Of a stretch of 59,711 nt of DNA, positions 7,463 through 15,907 are shown piece by piece; position 1 is the first letter of the stretch, and every line of letters starts with the position of its first letter. Source of the stretch: Crocinitomicaceae bacterium (GTDB taxonomy: Bacteria; Bacteroidota; Bacteroidia; Flavobacteriales_D; Crocinitomicaceae); contig JBIJBD010000001.1 in NCBI GenBank assembly GCA_044345395.1, positions 1-59,711 on the forward strand, written 5' to 3'. The notes under the pieces are model-generated. The model was not told the DNA's origin, made no database searches, and saw only the letters and a program-made list of their open reading frames with translations. A program made the translations under genes and the position numbers.

Positions 7463-7480
7463 AAGAAGTAGTAGACATAT

Positions 7481-7513
7481 TCAATACAAAAACCCAAACA
7501 ACCAAAGCGGTAT
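7481..7513. repeat. 33-bp direct repeat, copy 1 (last 10 codons plus stop of the ATPase gene)
   Basis: tcaatacaaaaacccaaacaaccaaagcggtat, with 32/33 identity to 8887-8919. Confidence 0.85.
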
Positions 7514-8674
7514 TTTTTCCTGAAAGCCAATTTCGATGTCGTCTGCGGCGATAAAAGCGTTTTGTAATTCTTTAATCTGATCTTTGGATTTGTGTTTTCC
7601 TCCAATTTCAAATGTGAGTTCACGGTTGATTTTGAAATCGCCAACATCTGTGTATTCAACCAAATGTTTGTGAGCGAGTTGATTTGCAAAAAACGTTTCT
7701 CTAACATGACCAATTTGTACATTTTGCGGCGCAATAGTATGGAGTAAATTAGTATTATCTAGGTATAACTTATCAGGTTTTTGCAAGCGCGTGATTCCTT
7801 TCGCATCTTTGAAAAGTTGCATGGTTAACCCACTTTCTTCCAAATAGTGGAAATAGGAAATCAATGTATTCCGATTGATTCCAATGCGTTCGGCTAACTT
7901 TGTTACATTCGGTTTAAAAGGAACAGAAGAGGAAATAACCAACAACAATTGTTTTAATTTTATGATATACGAAGGATCTACTTGACGCAAAGTAGGTAAT
8001 TCAATTTCCAAAATAAAATTCACAATTTCTTCCAAACGTTGATCATAGGTGTTCGGATTCTCACGAAAAAAAGGATAATAACCTGTTTTAAGGTATTGAG
8101 AAAAATATTTAATGGGTTGGATTTTCTGAACAATTTCTGAAGCGATATCTAAGTGGTTCTCGATGATTTCATTTAGCATCAGTGAACTGAATATAAAACC
8201 ATGTTCTAAATTGAGGTATTCTCTAAATGAAAGTCCTTGCATGGAATACATAACTGCTCTTCTACTCAAATCAGCCCGCGCATTTAAAATCTCCAGTAAC
8301 GATGACCCTGTAAATACAATTTGTACTTCCGGAAAGTCGTCGTAAATATTCTTCAATTCTTGTGCCCAATTAGGATATTTGTGAATTTCATCGATGAATA
8401 ATTTCTTCCCTCCACGTTTCACGAAATCGTCTACAAAATCAACTAGGTTTTGTGAGCTGAACCATATGTTGTCGAGTGAAATGTACAATGCGGATTCGTC
8501 ATTAGCGTGATTTACTTTCAAGTATTGTAGTAAAATGGTTGTTTTACCAATTCCCCGTGGTCCACGAAGTCCAATTAACCGATCTGTCCAGTCTATTTCA
8601 GAGAAAATATTTCTTGTAAAGTTTACTTGAATTGAAGCTAATTTTTTCCGATATCGTTCAACTAAAATTTCCAT
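7481..8674 (-). CDS. AAA+ ATPase, DUF4143-type ATP-binding protein (second, diverged copy)
   Basis: 397-aa ORF with Walker A GPRGIGKTT and Walker B LFIDEIHK, and the same architecture as 2764-3981. Confidence 0.8.
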   Translation of the reverse strand: MEILVERYRKKLASIQVNFTRNIFSEIDWTDRLIGLRGPRGIGKTTILLQYLKVNHANDESALYISLDNIWFSSQNLVDFVDDFVKRGGKKLFIDEIHKYPNWAQELKNIYDDFPEVQIVFTGSSLLEILNARADLSRRAVMYSMQGLSFREYLNLEHGFIFSSLMLNEIIENHLDIASEIVQKIQPIKYFSQYLKTGYYPFFRENPNTYDQRLEEIVNFILEIELPTLRQVDPSYIIKLKQLLLVISSSVPFKPNVTKLAERIGINRNTLISYFHYLEESGLTMQLFKDAKGITRLQKPDKLYLDNTNLLHTIAPQNVQIGHVRETFFANQLAHKHLVEYTDVGDFKINRELTFEIGGKHKSKDQIKELQNAFIAADDIEIGFQEKIPLWLFGFLY

Positions 8675-8886
8675 TTGTCAATATATTAGTCAAATATACG
8701 TATAAATGATTGTTTAACAAATCATAAAATACTTTTTATAGTTATTATATTAACTATTATATAGTTTTATCGCTTAATAGATTAAGTATTTTATAGATAA
8801 ATTACTTCTGAGTTATACTGATATTTGGATCAATGACCTGTAATTTGATTTTTTTAGAATCGAAATGTGACTGAGTATATCCTTTT

Positions 8887-8919
8887 TCAATACAAAAACC
8901 CAGACAACCAAAGCGGTAT
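8887..8919. repeat. 33-bp direct repeat, copy 2 (relic of an ATPase C-terminus)
   Basis: tcaatacaaaaacccagacaaccaaagcggtat. The minus strand reads QKIPLWLSGFLY-stop directly after an in-frame TAA, compared with EKIPLWLFGFLY-stop in the intact gene. Confidence 0.85.
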
Positions 8920-8951
8920 CTTTTGTTAGAGACTAAAATCGAAGTGGTTAA

Positions 8952-9809
8952 TTACTTATTAGGTTGAATACGAAGTAAGTTCCCGAAATACACATGTTTT
9001 TCAGTTGTGGATTCCATGTAAAGCTCCGAAAGGTCGCAATTTCTCTCTGGAAAATAACAAGCGGCCAATTCCTCCAATAGTTCGAAAGTGACCATCGGGC
9101 TATAGGTATTCATCACCAATCGGCCTTTTGGCGATAAAATAGCCGCTGCGGTGCTCATTAATTGATCCACATTATCTTCTAATTTCCACTTCTCCCCTTT
9201 CGCACCAATACCCCAAGCGGGAGGATCCATTACAATCACATCGTATTGATTACCTCGTTTTTCTTCACGTTGTGCAAACTTTAAGGCATCTTCGTGCACC
9301 CATCGAATGTTAAGCAATCTACTGCTTTCCATGTTCTCACGCGCCCACGATAAGATTGGTTTCACAGCATCTACATGGGTGGTTTCTGCCCCTTTCCAGC
9401 GAGCTATACACGACATCGCACCGGTGTAGGCGAATAGATTCAGTATTTTCTCCTCCGATTGAAGTGAATCCTTAACCCAATCCCAATTGCATCGTTGCTC
9501 AGGAAAAATACCCACGTGTTTGAATGCCGTAAGCTCCAACTTAAAAAGCAATTTTTCATACTTAATTTGCCAATTACTCGGTGTATTCGGCTGCAAGGCT
9601 TTCCATTTACCTTTAGTTCCATTGGTTTCAACAAATTCCCAATGGGCTTTTTTTCTCCACTCTGTGAACGGTTGAACGCTTTGGAAATATGCTTGCAGCT
9701 CTGGACGAATGGTAATTATTTTTCCCCAACGCTCTAATTTCTTTCCTCCGCCTGCGTCGATCAGTTCGTAATCCTCCCAAGATGTTGTGTAAGTTCGTGG
9801 ATGTGACAT
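8952..9809 (-). CDS. Class I SAM-dependent methyltransferase (COG1092/RlmI-like)
   Basis: 285-aa ORF with SAM motif I NLFAYTGAMS and motif IV-like VIVMDPPAWG. Confidence 0.7.
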   Translation of the reverse strand: MSHPRTYTTSWEDYELIDAGGGKKLERWGKIITIRPELQAYFQSVQPFTEWRKKAHWEFVETNGTKGKWKALQPNTPSNWQIKYEKLLFKLELTAFKHVGIFPEQRCNWDWVKDSLQSEEKILNLFAYTGAMSCIARWKGAETTHVDAVKPILSWARENMESSRLLNIRWVHEDALKFAQREEKRGNQYDVIVMDPPAWGIGAKGEKWKLEDNVDQLMSTAAAILSPKGRLVMNTYSPMVTFELLEELAACYFPERNCDLSELYMESTTEKHVYFGNLLRIQPNK

Positions 9810-9953
9810 TCATGCAAAGATAAGGATTAGGAAGTCCTATTCGTGATTTCCTTTCCTGAAATTCTAGTTGGCGAATTGATCTTGAAATAAAATTCTCTTG
9901 GTTGCTGTAAGATTTATAAAAATTGGCGTATCTTTAGGATAAATCTTAAACTC

Positions 9954-10346
9954 ATGAAAAAATTAGCATTTATCTTCTTGTTTGGTTTGTTTGCCTTTTC
10001 TCTATCGGCACAACGTCTTATGAATGGTTCCAGAAGCACCGTTGGGTATATTGAAAATGGCCGTGTGATGAACAGCTCCCGAAGTACCATTGGATACATC
10101 GACGGAGAACGTATAATGAATAGCTCAAGAAGTACCATCGGCTATTTTGATGGAGAACGCGTAATGAACAGCTCCCGAAGCACAATCGGATACATTGACG
10201 GGGATCGCGTGATGAATGGATCGAGAAGTACTATAGGTTATGTAGACGGAGAACGTGTAATGAATGGCTCAAGAAGTACTATTGGTTACACTGACGGAAT
10301 ACGTCGTAGTGAAGCCGCCCTATTTTTCTTCTTTTTCTTCTATTAA
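9954..10346 (+). CDS. Secreted repeat protein, six tandem 16-aa repeats (RVMNxSRSTIGYIDGE)
   Basis: 130-aa ORF with signal peptide MKKLAFIFLFGLFAFSLSAQ, then 6 near-identical 16-residue repeats and a hydrophobic tail ALFFFFFFY. Confidence 0.6.
   Translation: MKKLAFIFLFGLFAFSLSAQRLMNGSRSTVGYIENGRVMNSSRSTIGYIDGERIMNSSRSTIGYFDGERVMNSSRSTIGYIDGDRVMNGSRSTIGYVDGERVMNGSRSTIGYTDGIRRSEAALFFFFFFY
10014..10301 (+). repeat. 6 x 48-bp in-frame tandem repeat inside the CDS
   Basis: Units begin cgtcttatgaat, cgtgtgatgaac, cgtataatgaat, cgcgtaatgaac, cgcgtgatgaat and cgtgtaatgaat. Differences are mostly at third codon positions. Confidence 0.85.
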
Positions 10347-10403
10347 ATTTTTCGAAAATAAATTTTACAATTCTATTGGTAACTTTGTGCAAAATCCTAA
10401 TGC

Positions 10404-10961
10404 ATGAAATACCTCATTGGCTTATTGGTAGTCTCTTTGCTTTTACTTAGTTGTGGGGATGAAAAGCCTACTCCACCTCAGCTTCAAGTAGAACAAAAAA
10501 CAGCAATCGAAGGTCAGTTACGTAGAATTCTTGCCCTTAACCTTAATGATTCTGTGCGAGATTTTGAGGTGAGTTCTACTGACGGTGATTCACTCTATTC
10601 AGGAATTGATTGGGTAAAATTTGATAAACGCATTAAAGAATTAGCTAAAGATTCGTTGTTTTCAATTACCTTCCTTGATGAATATAAAACAATAGCGTTT
10701 GGTATCAATCTTAGTCTCAAAAACAAAGAAATTGAATATAATGTCGGCGATGTAAATCCGTTTTTTGATGCAAATGTTTGGTGCGATTGCCAAGACTACC
10801 AGGGTTGGGAAAAACGCTTTAGGATATCAACACTTCGGTTTATTGAAGGGCAAGCAGTCGTGTATTTTTCTATTGGAAAAGGAACAAGTATTGAAGCAAA
10901 GTTTATCAAGGTCGGAACTAAATGGCGCTGCACTAGTTGGTCAACCATAAAATTACCCTAG
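10404..10961 (+). CDS. Hypothetical lipoprotein
   Basis: 185-aa ORF with a signal peptide and lipobox LLLSCG. No other motif was recognised. Confidence 0.55.
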   Translation: MKYLIGLLVVSLLLLSCGDEKPTPPQLQVEQKTAIEGQLRRILALNLNDSVRDFEVSSTDGDSLYSGIDWVKFDKRIKELAKDSLFSITFLDEYKTIAFGINLSLKNKEIEYNVGDVNPFFDANVWCDCQDYQGWEKRFRISTLRFIEGQAVVYFSIGKGTSIEAKFIKVGTKWRCTSWSTIKLP

Positions 10962-11548
10962 GAAATTATTTTATCAATATACTGCAGCAAAGGTTCTTTT
11001 CCAAACGAAGACTCACTCGAAGTTGTAAAAACTGGAGGCATTTCTTCCCATTGCTTGAGCATTTCTTTTTTGTAGGCAGCCAAGTTTTTTTGTAATGCCG
11101 AACTCGAAAGTTTATCAATTTTAGTAAAAACCATTGAAAAGGGCAATTGTCTTTCACCACACCAAGTCATAAATTCCAAATCTATTTTTTGGGGCTCGAG
11201 TCGTGCATCTAATAAGACAAATGTATTCTGCAATACTTGCCTTTTTGCTAAGTATTCTGCGATGAATTTCTCCCATTTTGAGCGGTTCGATTTCGCTGAT
11301 TTGGCATACCCATAACCCGGCAAATCGACCAAATACCATTTTTCATTGATTAAAAAATGATTGATGAGTTGGGTTTTTCCAGGTGTTCCGGAAGTTTTTG
11401 CCAAATTTTTCTTACCTGTTAACATATTGATAAGCGAGGATTTGCCCACGTTACTTCTTCCGATAAACGCAAATTCTGGCAAACCATCTGTGGGGCATTT
11501 AGAAACTTCTGTATTTGAAATGATAAATTCGGCTGATTTAATAATCAT
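10958..11548 (-). CDS. engB: Ribosome-biogenesis GTPase YihA/EngB
   Basis: 196-aa ORF with G1 [10 protein letters not shown]3 DLPGYG and G4 TKIDK. Confidence 0.9.
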   Translation of the reverse strand: MIIKSAEFIISNTEVSKCPTDGLPEFAFIGRSNVGKSSLINMLTGKKNLAKTSGTPGKTQLINHFLINEKWYLVDLPGYGYAKSAKSNRSKWEKFIAEYLAKRQVLQNTFVLLDARLEPQKIDLEFMTWCGERQLPFSMVFTKIDKLSSSALQKNLAAYKKEMLKQWEEMPPVFTTSSESSFGKEPLLQYIDKIIS

Positions 11549-11551
11549 GAG

Positions 11552-11593
11552 ACAAATTTACGTGATAAAGTGCAAGTTACGTGAACAAATTTA
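11552..11593. promoter_or_regulatory. Candidate operator: two TTACGTGA direct repeats flanked by ACAAATTTA repeats
   Basis: TTACGTGA occurs at 11558-11565 and 11577-11584 (19 nt start to start). ACAAATTTA occurs at 11552-11560 and 11585-11593. The element sits in the 74-nt divergent engB/merR-like intergenic region. Confidence 0.35.
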
Positions 11594-11622
11594 TAACATA
11601 CTTGTTTTAGAGGTCATTAAGC

Positions 11623-12492
11623 ATGGCAGAGTATAAAATTAAAGACGTTGAAATACTAACAGGTATAAAAGCCCACACGCTTCGTATTTGGGAAAAGCGC
11701 TATGGAATCTTGGTGCCAGAACGTACAGATACGCAAATTCGCACCTACACCGATGATGAATTGAGTTTTTTGTTGAACATTAGTTTACTCAATAAACACG
11801 GAATAAAAATCTCTAAAATTGCGGCACTTTCTAAAAATGATATCGCTAAGAAAGTTTGGGATTTGCATAGCATAAGTGTTCTCGACACGAGTGGCGAGCA
11901 ATTCGTACTTGCACTTATCGAAATGGATGAGCGGCTATTTACACACACTCTGCAAGCAGTAATCAATGAAGTAGGTTTAGAGAAAGCCTTTACTGACCAT
12001 CTCATTCCTTTTTTGGAACGCATTGGCGTCATGTTTTTAGTGGGTAGTATCAATCCTGCGCAGGAGCATTTTATGTCAAATGTTATTCGACAGAAGGTAA
12101 TTGCAGAAATTGACAAATTACCTATCCCACCTGTTGATGATAACCCTGTACTGTTGTTTTTACCTGAGCACGAATGGCATGAGTTGGGGTTGCTTTTTTA
12201 CCAATATTTATTGAGACGAGAAGGTATTAGTACCTTTTACTTGGGTCAAAGTTTACCCTATGACTCTTTGGTTAAATGCATCAACTTACTTCATCCAAAA
12301 GTTATTATTAGTTCTTGGTTAACCGCAGTTGACGAGGCATTTATTCGCAATTACTTCGAGAAACTGCAAAAAGATGCGCCCGACGCATTAATTTGTTCGG
12401 GAGGTGCACAAATTAAAATGCACCTTAAAAAGTTACCTAAAAGTGTGATGCCTATTCAAAAAGCCATCGAAATATTGCAATTCGTTCGCTAA
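11623..12492 (+). CDS. MerR-family regulator with C-terminal cobalamin-binding domain (CarH/LitR-like)
   Basis: 289-aa ORF with N-terminal MerR HTH IKDVEILTGIKAHTLRIWEKRYG. The C-terminal part has EWHELG (ExHxxG B12 motif), YLGQSLP and SGG motifs. Confidence 0.75.
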   Translation: MAEYKIKDVEILTGIKAHTLRIWEKRYGILVPERTDTQIRTYTDDELSFLLNISLLNKHGIKISKIAALSKNDIAKKVWDLHSISVLDTSGEQFVLALIEMDERLFTHTLQAVINEVGLEKAFTDHLIPFLERIGVMFLVGSINPAQEHFMSNVIRQKVIAEIDKLPIPPVDDNPVLLFLPEHEWHELGLLFYQYLLRREGISTFYLGQSLPYDSLVKCINLLHPKVIISSWLTAVDEAFIRNYFEKLQKDAPDALICSGGAQIKMHLKKLPKSVMPIQKAIEILQFVR

Positions 12493-15302
12493 ATTACTAG
12501 GTTAATTATTTTTCCTGGAACAATGATGCATTTCTTGGGTTTTTTTCCTTCCAACCATTTCATTGTATCGCTGTGAGCTAAGGTAGCCTCTTCTATTTGT
12601 TGAAGTGTTAATTCCAAGGGTAAGGTTAATTTAAAACGCATCTTTCCGTTGAAGGAAACTGGATAGTCATAGGACGATTCTATCAATCGCTTTTCGTCAA
12701 AATCAGGATATTTAGCGGTAGTTAAACTGCCTGCTTTGTGTCCCAATTTCTCCCATATTTCCTCAGTAATATGAGGTGCATAAGGTGCCATCAATATAGT
12801 TAATTGCTCTAACACATGACGATTCGAACACTTTTGATCGGATAATTCATTTACACAAATCATAAAACTAGAAACACCCGTATTAAACGAAAACCGATCT
12901 AAATCGTCTCTCAATTTTTTAATTGTTTTATGCAAAGTCTTCATTGCCTCTTGACTTGGTTCCGCCTCCGAAATCTCGAAATTCCCATTGGCATGAAATA
13001 AACGCCAATATTTCTTCAAAAAGCTGTGAACACCCGTAATCCCTTTTGTATCCCATGGCTTTGTCTGCTCCAAAGGACCTAAGAACATCTCGTACATGCG
13101 CAGGGTGTCGGAACCAAATTTTTCTACCAATTCATCCGGGGTTTGCACATTATATTTCGATTTTGACATTTTTTCAACTTCTACACCACAGAGATAGGTG
13201 CCATCTGTTTCACATACAAATACTGCATCTGCATATTCTGGTCGCCACTTTCGAAATGCGTTTATATCCAATTTATCATTTTCCACCAACGAAATATCTA
13301 CGTGGATAGGTACACAATTAAATTTATCTTTTAATGAATAAGAGACAAATTTGTTTTCACCAATTACGAGGTATACAAAACTGCTTCGACCCAAAATCAT
13401 CCCTTGATTAATCATTTTTTTAAACGGTTCATGAAAGGGTATATATCCACGATCAAAGAGAAACTTCGTCCAAAATCGGGCATAAAGAAGATGGCCTGTC
13501 GCATGCTCTGATCCGCCAATATAGAGGTCAACATTCTGCCAATAATTTACACTTTCTTTACCCACAAATTCATTGGTGTTTTTAGGATCTAAATAGCGAA
13601 GAAAATACCAAGAACTCCCTGCCCAACCCGGCATTGTAGAGAGTTCATATTCATAGGTATTTCGGTATTTCCAATTTTCGGCGCGCGCTAGAGGCGGTTC
13701 ACCATCTTCTGTTGGTAGGTACTTGTCAACTTCCGGTAACGTAAGCGGTAATTCATTATTTTCTAAGGGAAACGGTGTACCCTCTTGATAATAAATAGGA
13801 ATAGGCTCTCCCCAATAGCGTTGACGACCAAAAACAGCATCACGCAACCGGTAGTTAACACGTCCTTTTCCAAAATTATGTCGAGAAATTTCAGCTATAG
13901 CGGAAGATATTGCTTGTTTCACGGTAAGGCCATTCAAAAATTCCGAATTCGTTAGGGAACCTTCCTTTTCCACCCAAGCTGCGTTTTCTATATCGTGCAG
14001 TTCATTGGTGGGGATTATAACTTGCTTAGATGGTATATTAAAATATTTTGCGAACTTAAAATCCCGTTCATCATGAGCAGGAACAGCCATCACTGCACCA
14101 GTACCGTATCCTACCAAAACATAGTCTCCCACCCAAATGGGAATTCGTTCTTTGGTAAATGGATGTTGAACATATGCCCCAGTAAATACACCACTAATGG
14201 TGTTAACGTCTGCTTGCCGTTCTCTCTCGCTTCGATTTTTAGCTTTTTCAACGTAAGCACTAACAGCTGGTAATTGTGCAGATGTAGTAATTTTAACTAC
14301 TAATTCATGCTCCGGCGCTAAAGTCACAAAAGAAACGCCGAAGATCGTGTCGGGGCGCGTGGTGAACACCTCTATAAAAGTAGAATTTTCCTGTCCCTCA
14401 TTTTCTATACAAATTGGGAAAAAGATGGAGCATCCCTCGCTCCTGCCTATCCAATTTCGTTGTGTTTCTTTAATACTTTCAGACCATTCAATGCCATCGA
14501 GTCCATCCAACAAACGTTGTGCATATGCGGTGATACGCATACTCCATTGTTTCATTAATTTTCGCTCTACCGGGTGGCCGCCACGCTCTGAAACGCCATT
14601 AATTACCTCATCATTAGCCAAAACAGTTCCCAATGCAGCACACCAATTTACATAAGACTCCCCAAGGTACGCCAAACGGAAATTCATGAGAATATCAAGT
14701 TGTTTCTTTTCATCAAAATTTTTCCAATCGGATGCACTGAATGGCGATATATTTTTTTCGATATCACCCGTTAGCATGTCAAGACTCACACCGCTTGATC
14801 CTTCCGTTTCGAAAATCTCAACAAGCGTATGAATATCTTCCGCGCTATTTGATTTAGGATTATACCACGAATTAAATAATTTGATAAAAATCCATTGTGT
14901 CCATCGATAATAATCGGGGGACGACGTACGAACCTCTCTACTCCAATCGTATGAGAAACCCATTTTATCTAGTTGATCTCGGTAACGCGAAATATTCTGT
15001 TCGGTAGTTACTGCAGGATGCTGTCCTGTTTGAATAGCATATTGCTCTGCGGGTAACCCAAAAGAATCAAATCCCATAGGATGCAGTACATTGTATCCTT
15101 CCAGTTTTTTATACCGTGAGAAGATATCGGATGCAATATACCCAAGTGGGTGACCAACATGAAGTCCCGCACCCGAAGGATAGGGAAACATGTCTAAAAC
15201 ATAATATTTAGGTTTTGTTGGGTCTTTAGTAACCTTATAGGTTTCATTTATTGCCCAAAACTTCCGCCATTTTGCCTCTATCGCCTTAAACTCGTATTCC
15301 AT
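12489..15302 (-). CDS. leuS: Leucine--tRNA ligase
   Basis: 937-aa ORF with HIGH-type LHVGHPLGY and KMSKS motifs. Confidence 0.95.
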   Translation of the reverse strand: MEYEFKAIEAKWRKFWAINETYKVTKDPTKPKYYVLDMFPYPSGAGLHVGHPLGYIASDIFSRYKKLEGYNVLHPMGFDSFGLPAEQYAIQTGQHPAVTTEQNISRYRDQLDKMGFSYDWSREVRTSSPDYYRWTQWIFIKLFNSWYNPKSNSAEDIHTLVEIFETEGSSGVSLDMLTGDIEKNISPFSASDWKNFDEKKQLDILMNFRLAYLGESYVNWCAALGTVLANDEVINGVSERGGHPVERKLMKQWSMRITAYAQRLLDGLDGIEWSESIKETQRNWIGRSEGCSIFFPICIENEGQENSTFIEVFTTRPDTIFGVSFVTLAPEHELVVKITTSAQLPAVSAYVEKAKNRSERERQADVNTISGVFTGAYVQHPFTKERIPIWVGDYVLVGYGTGAVMAVPAHDERDFKFAKYFNIPSKQVIIPTNELHDIENAAWVEKEGSLTNSEFLNGLTVKQAISSAIAEISRHNFGKGRVNYRLRDAVFGRQRYWGEPIPIYYQEGTPFPLENNELPLTLPEVDKYLPTEDGEPPLARAENWKYRNTYEYELSTMPGWAGSSWYFLRYLDPKNTNEFVGKESVNYWQNVDLYIGGSEHATGHLLYARFWTKFLFDRGYIPFHEPFKKMINQGMILGRSSFVYLVIGENKFVSYSLKDKFNCVPIHVDISLVENDKLDINAFRKWRPEYADAVFVCETDGTYLCGVEVEKMSKSKYNVQTPDELVEKFGSDTLRMYEMFLGPLEQTKPWDTKGITGVHSFLKKYWRLFHANGNFEISEAEPSQEAMKTLHKTIKKLRDDLDRFSFNTGVSSFMICVNELSDQKCSNRHVLEQLTILMAPYAPHITEEIWEKLGHKAGSLTTAKYPDFDEKRLIESSYDYPVSFNGKMRFKLTLPLELTLQQIEEATLAHSDTMKWLEGKKPKKCIIVPGKIINLVI

Positions 15303-15350
15303 TCATCCTAATTTGAAGCAAAGATAAGGATTCAGGTGAAAGATAAACCC

Positions 15351-15575
15351 TTACTTTTTTTGCCAATAGAGGTTCAGTTGACCCTTTTCAGCGTATACGT
15401 AAGATTTCTTTTTTCGGCAATAAACAACAGGGGCATTAAAATCTTGTTTGATAATTTGCAAGTATTTATAGACCATTCGCTCTGAAATTTCTAATTTTTC
15501 AGAAATCACCAAGGCATTTCCAGTTTTCTCTTCCGTAATTAAATTAATTAACTTCTGTATCGTGTGAATTCTCAT
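15351..15575 (-). CDS. Small HTH-domain protein
   Basis: 74-aa ORF. LINLITEEKTGNALVISEKLEISERMVYKYLQIIK looks like an HTH_11-type helix-turn-helix. It is a paralogue of the next gene. Confidence 0.55.
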   Translation of the reverse strand: MRIHTIQKLINLITEEKTGNALVISEKLEISERMVYKYLQIIKQDFNAPVVYCRKKKSYVYAEKGQLNLYWQKK

Positions 15576-15633
15576 TAGTGGAAAGTTGCGTAAATTAACC
15601 TAAGAATACTGAAATATACATTCAGTTACATTT

Positions 15634-15861
15634 TTAGCGCTTTTTTTTCCACTCCCAAGTTAAATTTCCTGACTCCGTAAAATAATATGTTTTTCTATAC
15701 CTACTGTAACGTACCGGAGCTTTTAATTCTTTTTTAATACACTTCACATAGAGGTAAATAGACCGTTCTGATGTTCCTATTTTAGTTGCCGATTCTTGTG
15801 GTGTTCCTGTTCTTTCCTTTTCGATTAAGTGAATAAAATGTTTTAATTTTGCTATATTCAT
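15634..15861 (-). CDS. Small HTH-domain protein (tandem paralogue)
   Basis: I start it at ATG 15861-15859 (MNIAKLKHFIHLIEKERTGTPQESATKIGTSERSIYLYVKCIK..., 75 aa). The longer track ORF would overlap the upstream membrane-protein gene. Confidence 0.55.
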   Translation of the reverse strand: MNIAKLKHFIHLIEKERTGTPQESATKIGTSERSIYLYVKCIKKELKAPVRYSRYRKTYYFTESGNLTWEWKKKR

Positions 15862-15907
15862 AAACAGGTATTTGATTATTTTTTGTGCAAATATATACAT
15901 ATGTGTA

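Noticed and set aside
7180-7734. 184-aa minus-strand ORF spanning the GC-rich repeat cluster and the 3' end of the ATPase gene
   Set aside because: Its sequence is dictated by the R1/R2 palindromic repeats (PPSKGGRK..FEGGSRG). It overlaps the well-supported ATPase CDS out of frame by about 250 nt and has no recognisable motif.
6976-8951. tRNA-Ser-adjacent genomic island (integrative element)
   Set aside because: There is no integrase or recombinase ORF. No duplicate of the tRNA 3' end was found downstream. Only the repeat cluster and the ATPase cassette are present.
9914-10138. 74-aa minus-strand ORF with its own internal repeats
   Set aside because: It is a mirror image of the 48-bp repeats of the plus-strand secreted protein. 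It has no signal peptide or motif, and the plus-strand ORF shows synonymous-site divergence indicating it is the selected frame.
11745-12116. 123-aa minus-strand ORF inside the MerR-B12 regulator gene
   Set aside because: It is antisense to a gene with clear HTH and B12-binding motifs. It has no motif of its own.
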